64,000 nucleotides of DNA, taken from a virus. Location: positions 1 through 64,000 of IMG/VR virus record IMGVR_UViG_3300031949_000350; one strand, written 5' to 3'. The notes under the pieces were generated by a model. That model saw only the letters and a program-made list of their open reading frames with translations, was not told the DNA's origin and searched no databases. Below, piece after piece: positions 48,533 through 56,803 of this stretch (position 1 is the first letter of the stretch; each line of letters begins with the position of its first letter). The position numbers were made by a program, and so were the translations under genes.

Positions 48533-49447
48533 ATGAAGATCCTTGTAGCGCACAACGGGAAGATGTTCGATAGTCAGCCTATCGAAACGTATGCCCGGTC
48601 GATGATTCGTGTCCTGCGGGAGCGTGGGCACGAGGTAATCGAATCGCCCAAGCACCCGCCGGTGGCTCGTGCTGTCTACAAGGAAGTGGACCTTCTACTT
48701 GACATTGACTGTGGCCGTGATGACAAGGGTCAGCTTCGATGGCACGGGGAGAAGGATAAGCCTGATTGTCCCAGCGCGGTCTATCTCATCGATTCCCACG
48801 GTTACCCGGAGATGCACCAGAAACTTGCTCGCAAATACGACCACGTCTTCTTCGCAGTGTGGAGCAAGCGGGATCTCTTCGCTGCCCACAAGTCGGCGCA
48901 TTGGAGCCCAAACTTCACGGACGACAAGTGGTTCGACCGGGAACTCTTCCAAGGCTCCAGGCTCCACTATGACTTCGGGTTCTTCGGCTCCAAGGGTGGC
49001 CTTGACAGGGCGAACCCCATGAAAGAAGTCGCCGAGAAGTACGGGTGGGCTGTCCGCATTGATCAGATCCGGCGCCCTGAGAAGCATCGCTGGCCCTACA
49101 CGGGACAGGCTATGTACGAGTGCAACTATCTATTCAACCACGGCCAAAAGCACGACGGGCCGAATCTCCGGGTGATGGAATCAATGCTGGTGGGGCGAAC
49201 GCTGATCAATAACTCTGATAGCAGAGACGGAATGAACAAGCTATTCGAGCCGTATATTCACTATGTCCCCTTCGGCGAGTTCAAGGAAGGCACCTACCGT
49301 TGTGACGATCTTAGGGATGCGATGCTCTTCTGCAAGAACAATCCCCTGAGCGCGCGACTGATCGCAGGGCACGCCTACAATGAGGTCAAGGCCAAGCATC
49401 TCGTGGGTAACCGAATCGATCAGATCTTGGAAATCGTCAATGCATGA
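48533..49447 (+). CDS. GT-B glycosyltransferase (CgeB-like)
   Basis: FGFFGS, NLRVMES, IA..AY..V.AKH...NRIDQIL. Confidence 0.75.
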   Translation: MKILVAHNGKMFDSQPIETYARSMIRVLRERGHEVIESPKHPPVARAVYKEVDLLLDIDCGRDDKGQLRWHGEKDKPDCPSAVYLIDSHGYPEMHQKLARKYDHVFFAVWSKRDLFAAHKSAHWSPNFTDDKWFDRELFQGSRLHYDFGFFGSKGGLDRANPMKEVAEKYGWAVRIDQIRRPEKHRWPYTGQAMYECNYLFNHGQKHDGPNLRVMESMLVGRTLINNSDSRDGMNKLFEPYIHYVPFGEFKEGTYRCDDLRDAMLFCKNNPLSARLIAGHAYNEVKAKHLVGNRIDQILEIVNA

Positions 49448-49606
49448 CGTAACTAAGACTCAATACGTTTGCGTTCCGCCGGAAGACAGCAAGCTCAGTA
49501 TACTCGAACTGACTGATTACGGCGCCGAAGTCGCGTACATCCTTTGTAAGCAGGGTTACGAAGTCTATCGTGTGACAACCACTTGGGAAAAGTTGGGAGG
49601 CTAGAA

Positions 49607-50425
49607 ATGGAGACTGGCATTCGACTCGGGTTCATTGGTGCAGGATTCGTGGGTGGCGCGATGATCCGCGGCTTCTCGAATTTCTTCCCGATCACTATCT
49701 ATGACAAGGGTAAGGACATCGGCTCACTTCAATCGGTTGCCGAGAACTCCGATGTCATTTTCCTCTGCCTGCCCACTCCTGAAGGGCCTGATGGCGAATG
49801 CGATACTTCCATCGTGCATTCGACTCTGATGGACCTCCATTCCGCACTCGAAAATGCACAACTGTGCGACAAAGAAGTAGTGATCCGGTCCACGGTACCC
49901 CCTGAATGGATTTCCTCAGCCACGCGCGGTTTCGACCGTTTCAACCTATTGTTCATGCCTGAGTTCCTTACTGCACGCTGTGCGGATCTCGATTTCATCA
50001 CTTCCAGCCGATTCATCATTGGAACGGCAGAGCCGAATGATTGTTTCGACTATGAGTTAACTGAATTTGTGTTCAAGCTTCGATTCCCGGGTGCCCCGAT
50101 TAAGATCATGACGTGGGAGGAAGCGGCTATGCTCAAGTACGCCGTGAACAACTTCTTCATAGTCAAGGTCAGCTTCTTCAATGAGATCTACGACATGTGT
50201 GTGAATATGGGCGTTGACCCTGACCGGGTGATCCATGAGATGCTGAACGATGGCCGTATTGGCCGGTCGCACTGGCAAGTGCCGGGGCCGGATGGGAAGC
50301 GAGGGTTCGGAGGGGCTTGCTTCCCTAAAGATAGTAGCGCCTATTGTCATATTGCAAGGAGTGTAGACGTAGAACCTATTATGGTAGAGGCAGCCCGCAA
50401 GGTCAACAAGCGAGTGCGACGATGA
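49607..50425 (+). CDS. Short UDP-glucose/GDP-mannose dehydrogenase family protein
   Basis: GAGFVG, CLPTP, RSTVPP, PEFL, GFGGACFPKD; lacks the C-terminal domain. Confidence 0.9.
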   Translation: METGIRLGFIGAGFVGGAMIRGFSNFFPITIYDKGKDIGSLQSVAENSDVIFLCLPTPEGPDGECDTSIVHSTLMDLHSALENAQLCDKEVVIRSTVPPEWISSATRGFDRFNLLFMPEFLTARCADLDFITSSRFIIGTAEPNDCFDYELTEFVFKLRFPGAPIKIMTWEEAAMLKYAVNNFFIVKVSFFNEIYDMCVNMGVDPDRVIHEMLNDGRIGRSHWQVPGPDGKRGFGGACFPKDSSAYCHIARSVDVEPIMVEAARKVNKRVRR

Positions 50426-50569
50426 CAGTTGAAGAATGCCCGAACTGTGGCCGGTTCTTAGGCAGGAGCAGCTTCTACGATGGCTACTTCTATTCGTGGT
50501 GGTGTGACATCCACGGCTTCAATGGCGGTGGATTTAAGCTTATCCCGTTCAATTTCGAGGAGATCAACA

Positions 50570-51232
50570 ATGCGCAAGATTGATCTTAGTTTTGACGGCG
50601 CACCGCTGCGGCCGGAGATGATCATTGAGCACACCAAGCATCATGTGGGAGATGCCCACATCGGTAAGAACCATCCCTGGAACCGCGAGGTGAAGCCGTG
50701 GATGGACTACCCGTGGAAGAAGACGAAGATGCACACCGACCTTGAGTGCCACTACTTCTACCGCACAGCCAAGCTGATCGGCACTGGAAACTATCTCAGC
50801 CTCGGCGCCTATAAGGGACTCTCTACCGCCTGTCTGGCGATGGGCCTTCGGAACTCCGGCTGCCAAGGTAAGGTCTACGCTGTGGATCTCTTCAATCACG
50901 GTGAAGGCTCTCGCGAGTCGTTCAACATGGGCATGGATAGTACCGGGCTTTGGCCTTGGGTTGAAGTCTGTGTGGGCTTCACTCAGGACTGGGCTCCCCA
51001 GTTCATGGAGCAGGGTCTTAGATTCAAGTTCATTCTCATTGACGCTGATCATGGCTACGAGACTTGCAAGCTGGACTTTGAACTCTACAATGAGCTTCTG
51101 ACCCCGGACGGATTGATCGCTTTCCACGATGTCAACTTCACCACTGTCAACCGTGTGATCGAAGAGATCGACAAGGACCAGTGGGAGCAAGTAGATCACG
51201 TCTATCGGCTGAAGACGTTCGCACGGAGGTAG
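50570..51232 (+). CDS. Class I SAM methyltransferase (Methyltransf_24-like)
   Basis: LGAYKGLST, AVDLF, IDADHGYE and FHD motifs. Confidence 0.85.
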   Translation: MRKIDLSFDGAPLRPEMIIEHTKHHVGDAHIGKNHPWNREVKPWMDYPWKKTKMHTDLECHYFYRTAKLIGTGNYLSLGAYKGLSTACLAMGLRNSGCQGKVYAVDLFNHGEGSRESFNMGMDSTGLWPWVEVCVGFTQDWAPQFMEQGLRFKFILIDADHGYETCKLDFELYNELLTPDGLIAFHDVNFTTVNRVIEEIDKDQWEQVDHVYRLKTFARR

Positions 51233-51233
51233 T

Positions 51234-51995
51234 ATGGGTAACCCTAGTGTTATGGTATTGGTCAAAAATGAGGCGTATTGGCTGCCCTATACTTTGTGGC
51301 AGACTAAGGGCATCTTCGACAGCTATGTCATCTACGACATCGGCTCCACCGACGGAACCCAGCATATCATCAAGAAATTTACAGATGAAATGGACGAGAA
51401 AGCGGACTTCTTCATTCGCTATCTCCCGCACTGCCCGCCTGAGGTGCAGGGCGCCTTCCGCAATTCCATGATCGCTGAAGGTGACCGGGATATTTACTTC
51501 CTTCTCGACGGTGATGAGCTTTACTCTCCCGCCGACTTACTGAAGATCCCGCAATATGCGGATAATCTCGCAGGCCGAAATGAGGATGACCACAACAAAA
51601 AGTACGGCGTGTTCAAGCGAGTGGAGGTTACCTCTGATCTCAGTCAGCGCTATCTTGAAGAACGAACCCATCATCGACTCTATCATCAGACCGCATGGTG
51701 GACGGGGACTCATCCTGGCGAGCGGCCCTTCTATGATTTGAAGAATGCCCGCGAAATGAACTTCTTCGACATTACTTGCTGGCACATGCACAACACACTT
51801 CGCTCTCCTAGTGAGGATGAAGTGCCGAAGCGTATGAAGCGAAAGAGCCAAGGGACATATCATCCAGGCAATGAGCTTGGAGTTCTTGGCATCAGCCTGC
51901 TCGATATTCTCCCGATTCTACGCAAGCCTGTGGCTTCCTTCCCCGTCAACCCAGCGTTGGCGAAGCTTCAGGAGGAGTATCGCAATGCTCAGTAA
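51234..51995 (+). CDS. GT2-like glycosyltransferase
   Basis: VKNE, DIGSTDGT, FRN and LDGDE motifs. Confidence 0.82.
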   Translation: MGNPSVMVLVKNEAYWLPYTLWQTKGIFDSYVIYDIGSTDGTQHIIKKFTDEMDEKADFFIRYLPHCPPEVQGAFRNSMIAEGDRDIYFLLDGDELYSPADLLKIPQYADNLAGRNEDDHNKKYGVFKRVEVTSDLSQRYLEERTHHRLYHQTAWWTGTHPGERPFYDLKNAREMNFFDITCWHMHNTLRSPSEDEVPKRMKRKSQGTYHPGNELGVLGISLLDILPILRKPVASFPVNPALAKLQEEYRNAQ

Positions 51996-52148
51996 ATGTT
52001 CATGTGGTAGGTATACGAATTACGGCTCTACCTGCGTCTCATGCGCTATGGCTAAGAAGAGCGGGCAAGAGTACGAAGAGATTGATATTGACGATCTCTT
52101 CATGACCGACGAGGAAGAGGAAGAGCGCGATAATAAGAAGGATGAGAA

Positions 52149-52742
52149 ATGACACCCGAAATGCTCGAACAGTTCGCTCGTAAGAATAGGCTGGCGGTGG
52201 ACCAGGCTACATCCAAAGACGTAGCCTATTGTTGCTCGAATGATGAAGCCATCGTACTCTACACGACCGCGCTTCAGCTTCGGCCAGCAGCCATCTTTGA
52301 GTGCGGCACGGCAGTTGGATGGAGTTCCTATTGGCTGGCCGCTGGGGCGAATGCTAACGAGCACCATCGGCATGTGCCGGCCAGGGATTGGGATGTCCCG
52401 GTCTATTCGTTCGATGTATGGAAACGGGATCAGCTATTCTCACATGACTGTGTTCAGAAGATCATCGGACGCTATAATGAACTTATCAACCATTACGGTA
52501 GTCGGTTCTATGGACGGACGAAGCTCTTCTTCATTGACGGAAATCACTCACTGGAAGGAATCCAGAAGGATTGGTTCGCTACTGAGTCTGTAGTCGAGCC
52601 AGGAGACAAGATCATATTTCATGACGTAATCTCGGAGACTGGGTCGCGTCGATTCGACGAACAGTTCCAAGATTCCTTCCCGAACTACCGCCGAGAACTC
52701 TACCGAACCTACAACGGGATCGTGGTCTACACCGCGACGTAG
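52149..52742 (+). CDS. Class I SAM methyltransferase (Methyltransf_24-like)
   Basis: ECGTAVGWS, FIDGNHS and IIFHD motifs. Confidence 0.82.
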   Translation: MTPEMLEQFARKNRLAVDQATSKDVAYCCSNDEAIVLYTTALQLRPAAIFECGTAVGWSSYWLAAGANANEHHRHVPARDWDVPVYSFDVWKRDQLFSHDCVQKIIGRYNELINHYGSRFYGRTKLFFIDGNHSLEGIQKDWFATESVVEPGDKIIFHDVISETGSRRFDEQFQDSFPNYRRELYRTYNGIVVYTAT

Positions 52743-53683
52743 TGCTTGGAGAATGTATCGAGGATGAACTGAATCACCTCATCCTTGGGGTGGCGGTTGT
52801 CCTCGCGGTAGGAGTCCGCGAAGAAGCTGGTTACGATCTCATACGCCGGCCAGTAGTAGACGCCAGTCTGATTCATTCGCATCACCTCATCTACCGACGC
52901 CCTAAGAATCGCCTTAGAGACGCTGTTGGCCGTGATGCACGAGACTGGCCGGAAGGTAGCGTTGAGAGGCACCGGAGACAAAGTGAAGATGATCTTTGCG
53001 TTCGGGTTATACTTCTGTACGAGCCTGACGACCTTGACCAGATTGCCGCGGTTCTCCTCTACCGTGCTCACACGGAAGCCGTGGATGAGCGGGTCGTAGT
53101 TCTCCTTCGGAATGGTCCGCCAGAACACATTCCATGTCCTTTTGTCATACCAAACTTCAGACAACCCTAGAGTCAAGATAAACACATCCGTCTTGTCGAA
53201 GATCGTCTTAGTTGCAAGGCGCATCTCTTCGGTAGGAGTGATGAGGTTCACACCCTTGTCATGCCACAATCCGTCGAAGTGCGCATTCTCCCAGGCCCAC
53301 TTGAACTGCTGAAGAATGGCGAACGTGGTGCTGATGGCCTCCCCGTTATTAATGATAGGTAGAGGCTGATGATCCTCGATGTCGTGTGTGAGAATCGAAC
53401 GGCCTTTGAGGTGCTTACGGATGTATTGAGCGAAGCAGCTACCGAACGCGGTCACGTTCGTGCCCGGTCCAATCAGCGGTGCCTCGGGGAGCCATCCATG
53501 AAGGACGTACTTCTCTATCGCGCCCTCCTCAGTCAGATTCAACTTAGACGGGATGAAGTTCATCGTTTCACCGCGAAACCATTCCTTGGCCGTGGTACGC
53601 TTGCCATCCTCGCCTATCTTGTAGACTAGATCATCGTTCATTACGTTCGGCTTGCCGTCTTTGATCCTAAGCAGTGACATCAC
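52727..53683 (-). CDS. GSCFA-domain protein
   Basis: FGSCFA, LTLGLSEVW, TLSPVPL, SKAILR, YWPAYE and DNRHP motifs. Confidence 0.9.
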   Translation of the reverse strand: MMSLLRIKDGKPNVMNDDLVYKIGEDGKRTTAKEWFRGETMNFIPSKLNLTEEGAIEKYVLHGWLPEAPLIGPGTNVTAFGSCFAQYIRKHLKGRSILTHDIEDHQPLPIINNGEAISTTFAILQQFKWAWENAHFDGLWHDKGVNLITPTEEMRLATKTIFDKTDVFILTLGLSEVWYDKRTWNVFWRTIPKENYDPLIHGFRVSTVEENRGNLVKVVRLVQKYNPNAKIIFTLSPVPLNATFRPVSCITANSVSKAILRASVDEVMRMNQTGVYYWPAYEIVTSFFADSYREDNRHPKDEVIQFILDTFSKHYVAV

Positions 53684-54399
53684 ATACCTCTATGGACTAG
53701 CGCCCGCACATGGCTTGGCACGATCTCCGCGCCGCACATCTGAGTAGCGTATCGCCGTAACACCGTCTCCGGGTGCAACCATCCCAGCCCTGTGAGCCCG
53801 TCTCCGTGAGAGTCCTCGATCTCAGCGAGGTACTCGGGTAAGTTCCCCCAGATGCCGGTGACCTTGCGCATGATCTCCGCAGGCCCCCAGAAGCATTGAT
53901 CACTCATCAGAGTAGCGCCTTCAGCGAAAATATGTCTACGGTCACAGCCAATTTGATTAGGCTGCATCTCCTTGAAGCCCACCTCGAATCCTTTTGGGAA
54001 CCGCTGGTCCACCCGGCATTTGATGATGTAGTCAAAGTCCAATCCTACAAGCTTTGTCGCAAGAGTCATCAGCAAGAACATCCGTAGAGTGGACTGGCGG
54101 TTATTCTTGACCTTGGGTTGCTCTGTGATCTCTCCGCCCACAATCTTCTTCCTAAGATCAATCAGATCAGGCTTCAGCCTCCCGTAATTCAGCCAAAACA
54201 GATACTCGTGATCCTTGAATGCTTCAGGAAATACAAGCGCCTGCCGCCGTGGCTTGAATGCCTCCAAGGCTTTCCAAGCCAGTGGCTCCCTCCACGTCGC
54301 CAGGAAGTAGACCGGGTTCAAATGCGCGAAGTTCTCCTTCAGGGCTTCGTAACCACCGTAGGATCGTGCCTGCCCGGATAGACAAACTGCTACCTTCAT
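53680..54399 (-). CDS. Putative glycosyltransferase-like protein
   Basis: KVAVCLSGQAR, DYIIKCRVD, SDQ and HPE, typical of viral glycan-cluster genes. Confidence 0.6.
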   Translation of the reverse strand: MKVAVCLSGQARSYGGYEALKENFAHLNPVYFLATWREPLAWKALEAFKPRRQALVFPEAFKDHEYLFWLNYGRLKPDLIDLRKKIVGGEITEQPKVKNNRQSTLRMFLLMTLATKLVGLDFDYIIKCRVDQRFPKGFEVGFKEMQPNQIGCDRRHIFAEGATLMSDQCFWGPAEIMRKVTGIWGNLPEYLAEIEDSHGDGLTGLGWLHPETVLRRYATQMCGAEIVPSHVRALVHRGM

Positions 54400-55235
54400 C
54401 GCTGAAACCGCTTGGAGGGCTGGTCCTTGGCGGGTTCAATGGGATACTCCGGGGACACCCAAGTCTTGAAGAATTCCCAGTTGTCTTGGATGGACTTCGG
54501 CATCTCGTCCTTCACGCCGTCCGTCCACACATTGGGAGCGCCATACTTGTCGTCCCGGTAGTACATACTGTACTCATTGGGCTGAAGACCTTCAAGGACT
54601 TCCTTCGTGACGTTGCGGTAGTGCATGAAATTGGCTAGCTTATACTTCACCCTATCTGTACCTCCCATGAACGTGAAGTGGTAACCGTAGGGCTCCTCAT
54701 TGAACAAAGTGAGATAATCTCGCTTCGTAGGAGGGCATAGGAATCTGGCGTCACCATCGAGACGACTGAAGCGGAACACCTCATACGGGAACGCGGGGAA
54801 CTCCCAATCAAGGTAGTTTCGGAATTGCCGCAGATAGAGGCGGACTTGCTTGGGGCGAGTCTTCAGATGCTCCATCAGCCGGGGCCAGTGGCGACGGTCC
54901 ACAATTTCATCAAGGTCATTGTGGACACAGTAATCATAGTTCCGCATCCACTCCGGGTGCCGGAGGAGCGGCCAATACTGCTGAATGTTCTGATTCGCTC
55001 GGGTATCCCCCCAGAAGAGCGAGTCCGACATGTCAAACGGCATGTACTGGATCTTGCCCATGTACGGCTTGAACACCTCAGCATTCTCCAAGAAGAAGTA
55101 AGGCTTCTCGCGCTTGGCGTAGGTGTGGGCCGCTTCTGAAATTACAAATCTATCCACAAAATCCCAATGTTCTTCGATGTGGACCTTCAGAAGTTCCACC
55201 TCATTGAAGAATGTCAGTAGCTCAATGATTTTCAT
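54396..55235 (-). CDS. GT17-like glycosyltransferase
   Basis: FFNEVELL...VDRFVISEA..T...KP, DLDEI, GYHFTFMGG...KL.NF.H. Confidence 0.8.
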   Translation of the reverse strand: MKIIELLTFFNEVELLKVHIEEHWDFVDRFVISEAAHTYAKREKPYFFLENAEVFKPYMGKIQYMPFDMSDSLFWGDTRANQNIQQYWPLLRHPEWMRNYDYCVHNDLDEIVDRRHWPRLMEHLKTRPKQVRLYLRQFRNYLDWEFPAFPYEVFRFSRLDGDARFLCPPTKRDYLTLFNEEPYGYHFTFMGGTDRVKYKLANFMHYRNVTKEVLEGLQPNEYSMYYRDDKYGAPNVWTDGVKDEMPKSIQDNWEFFKTWVSPEYPIEPAKDQPSKRFQR

Positions 55236-55948
55236 CTCTTGTCTCCCACGAAAGCGGCCAGATCTTCGGGCGTACCAAGCCCGATCATCCTGAAAGGATA
55301 GAAGGCCGTCACAAGATCGCCCTTTGCGATGGCCTCATTATAGACAGGTGCGTTATAATACTCACCGTTGACCCGAAGTCCCTTGGACATCATCTTGTCC
55401 GCGGCCTCGACATAGTCGCTCCAGTGTGCCCAATAATACACTCCAACAGTCGCGATCTCGCTGATAGGGCGCTTCTCTGCGACCTCAACCACGCGGCCGT
55501 TCTCGATTCTGGCGTAGCTCCACTTGGGGTGGGAGACAGGACCGAAGCACCAAATACAATGACCCCGGTTCTCCGAGAGATGAAGCTCCCAAAGACCGGG
55601 GGCGTATTCGATCAATTGATCACAATTTGTAACAATTATCGGCACCTCGGGAGCGATGCGATCCCTGGCCTGGATGATGGTTCCCACCGCGCCGTCCGAG
55701 TGAGGAACGACCGGGATGCAGCGGCCCTCAATGTCCATCTTGGAGATGAGGAGTTCCATGCGGGCCTGATGCTGAGGCTTGACAAGATAGGTGAAGTATC
55801 CAGACAGCGGCCGAAGGTTCTCGGTCACCACTTGGATCATGGGCTTGTTGTCTAGGACTGGAAGGAAGGGCTTATCAAGCTTATAGCCAGCGTCCTTGAA
55901 GCGCTGACCTTCTCCCGCCATAGGTATGATCACTTCGCAATGCGACAT
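55232..55948 (-). CDS. Sugar-phosphate nucleotidyltransferase
   Basis: IPMAGEGQRF...KP, NCDQ, AEK, VGVYYW, NGEYY.APVYN and LGTPEDL motifs. Confidence 0.88.
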   Translation of the reverse strand: MSHCEVIIPMAGEGQRFKDAGYKLDKPFLPVLDNKPMIQVVTENLRPLSGYFTYLVKPQHQARMELLISKMDIEGRCIPVVPHSDGAVGTIIQARDRIAPEVPIIVTNCDQLIEYAPGLWELHLSENRGHCIWCFGPVSHPKWSYARIENGRVVEVAEKRPISEIATVGVYYWAHWSDYVEAADKMMSKGLRVNGEYYNAPVYNEAIAKGDLVTAFYPFRMIGLGTPEDLAAFVGDKR

Positions 55949-56541
55949 CTCAACATCTCCCAGTTTACCTTATCTACACCGCTCACCGCTACCACGATGG
56001 CACCGGAAGCCTTAGCTGCCTTGATACCGACCTCACTATCTTCAACAATGATAGTCTCGAACGGCTTAGCGCCGAGAACCTCCATCGCCTTCAGATAGCC
56101 TTCCGGGTCGGGCTTAGGCCGCTCAACGTCCTCATTAGAAATGATTAGATCAACATGCTGCCACACCCCGATCAGGCGGAGCAAATGTTCAACAGTCTCA
56201 CGCACAGCGTTCGAGACGACAGCGATCTTGAGCTTTCGGTCCTTGATGTGCTTGAACAAGTTGGTCTTGACTTGATCATGATGGAACATAGAGTTCGCAC
56301 AGCGGATCGTCATCTCCTGCTTGATGCGACAGATCTCAGGAATGTCCTCTTCCTTGATGTGTCCCAATCCCACCAGCATGTTCAGCTTGACTTTGGTCGG
56401 GCGGCCCTCATACAGATGGAAGTCTGAAGCCGGGATCTCATACCCGGACACCGCTATGAGCGCAAAGTTTAGCGCGCGTCTGTGAAGCTCACAAGCATCC
56501 ACCAGCACACCATCTAGATCGAACAGGATCGCTTTGCTCAT
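55930..56541 (-). CDS. HAD-family phosphatase
   Basis: FDLDGVL, SNA, KPDP and EDSEVG motifs. Confidence 0.9.
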   Translation of the reverse strand: MSKAILFDLDGVLVDACELHRRALNFALIAVSGYEIPASDFHLYEGRPTKVKLNMLVGLGHIKEEDIPEICRIKQEMTIRCANSMFHHDQVKTNLFKHIKDRKLKIAVVSNAVRETVEHLLRLIGVWQHVDLIISNEDVERPKPDPEGYLKAMEVLGAKPFETIIVEDSEVGIKAAKASGAIVVAVSGVDKVNWEMLRCRIAK

Positions 56542-56542
56542 G

Positions 56543-56803
56543 CTAGACCTCCCGACAAACGACCCCGTAGATGCCAACTGAATTGTTGTATTTCTTGATG
56601 TCATCTTCGGTAGGCTGAAGATGATTCTTGAACATCAGTAGGAACAAGCTCTGCTGAGCTTCGATGTAGTTCGACAGCCTCTCACAATCCCAAGTGTATT
56701 GATCAATGTTCGGTGTGTCGTTCTGATGGCCGTGTTTGTGGTGAGCCTTGGCCTGCCCGCTCAGTAGGGAAATGAACAAGACCACGACGATCTTCCACTT
56801 CAT
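56543..56803 (-). CDS. Small secreted protein
   Basis: Signal-peptide-like N-terminus ending AKA. Confidence 0.55.
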   Translation of the reverse strand: MKWKIVVVLFISLLSGQAKAHHKHGHQNDTPNIDQYTWDCERLSNYIEAQQSLFLLMFKNHLQPTEDDIKKYNNSVGIYGVVCREV

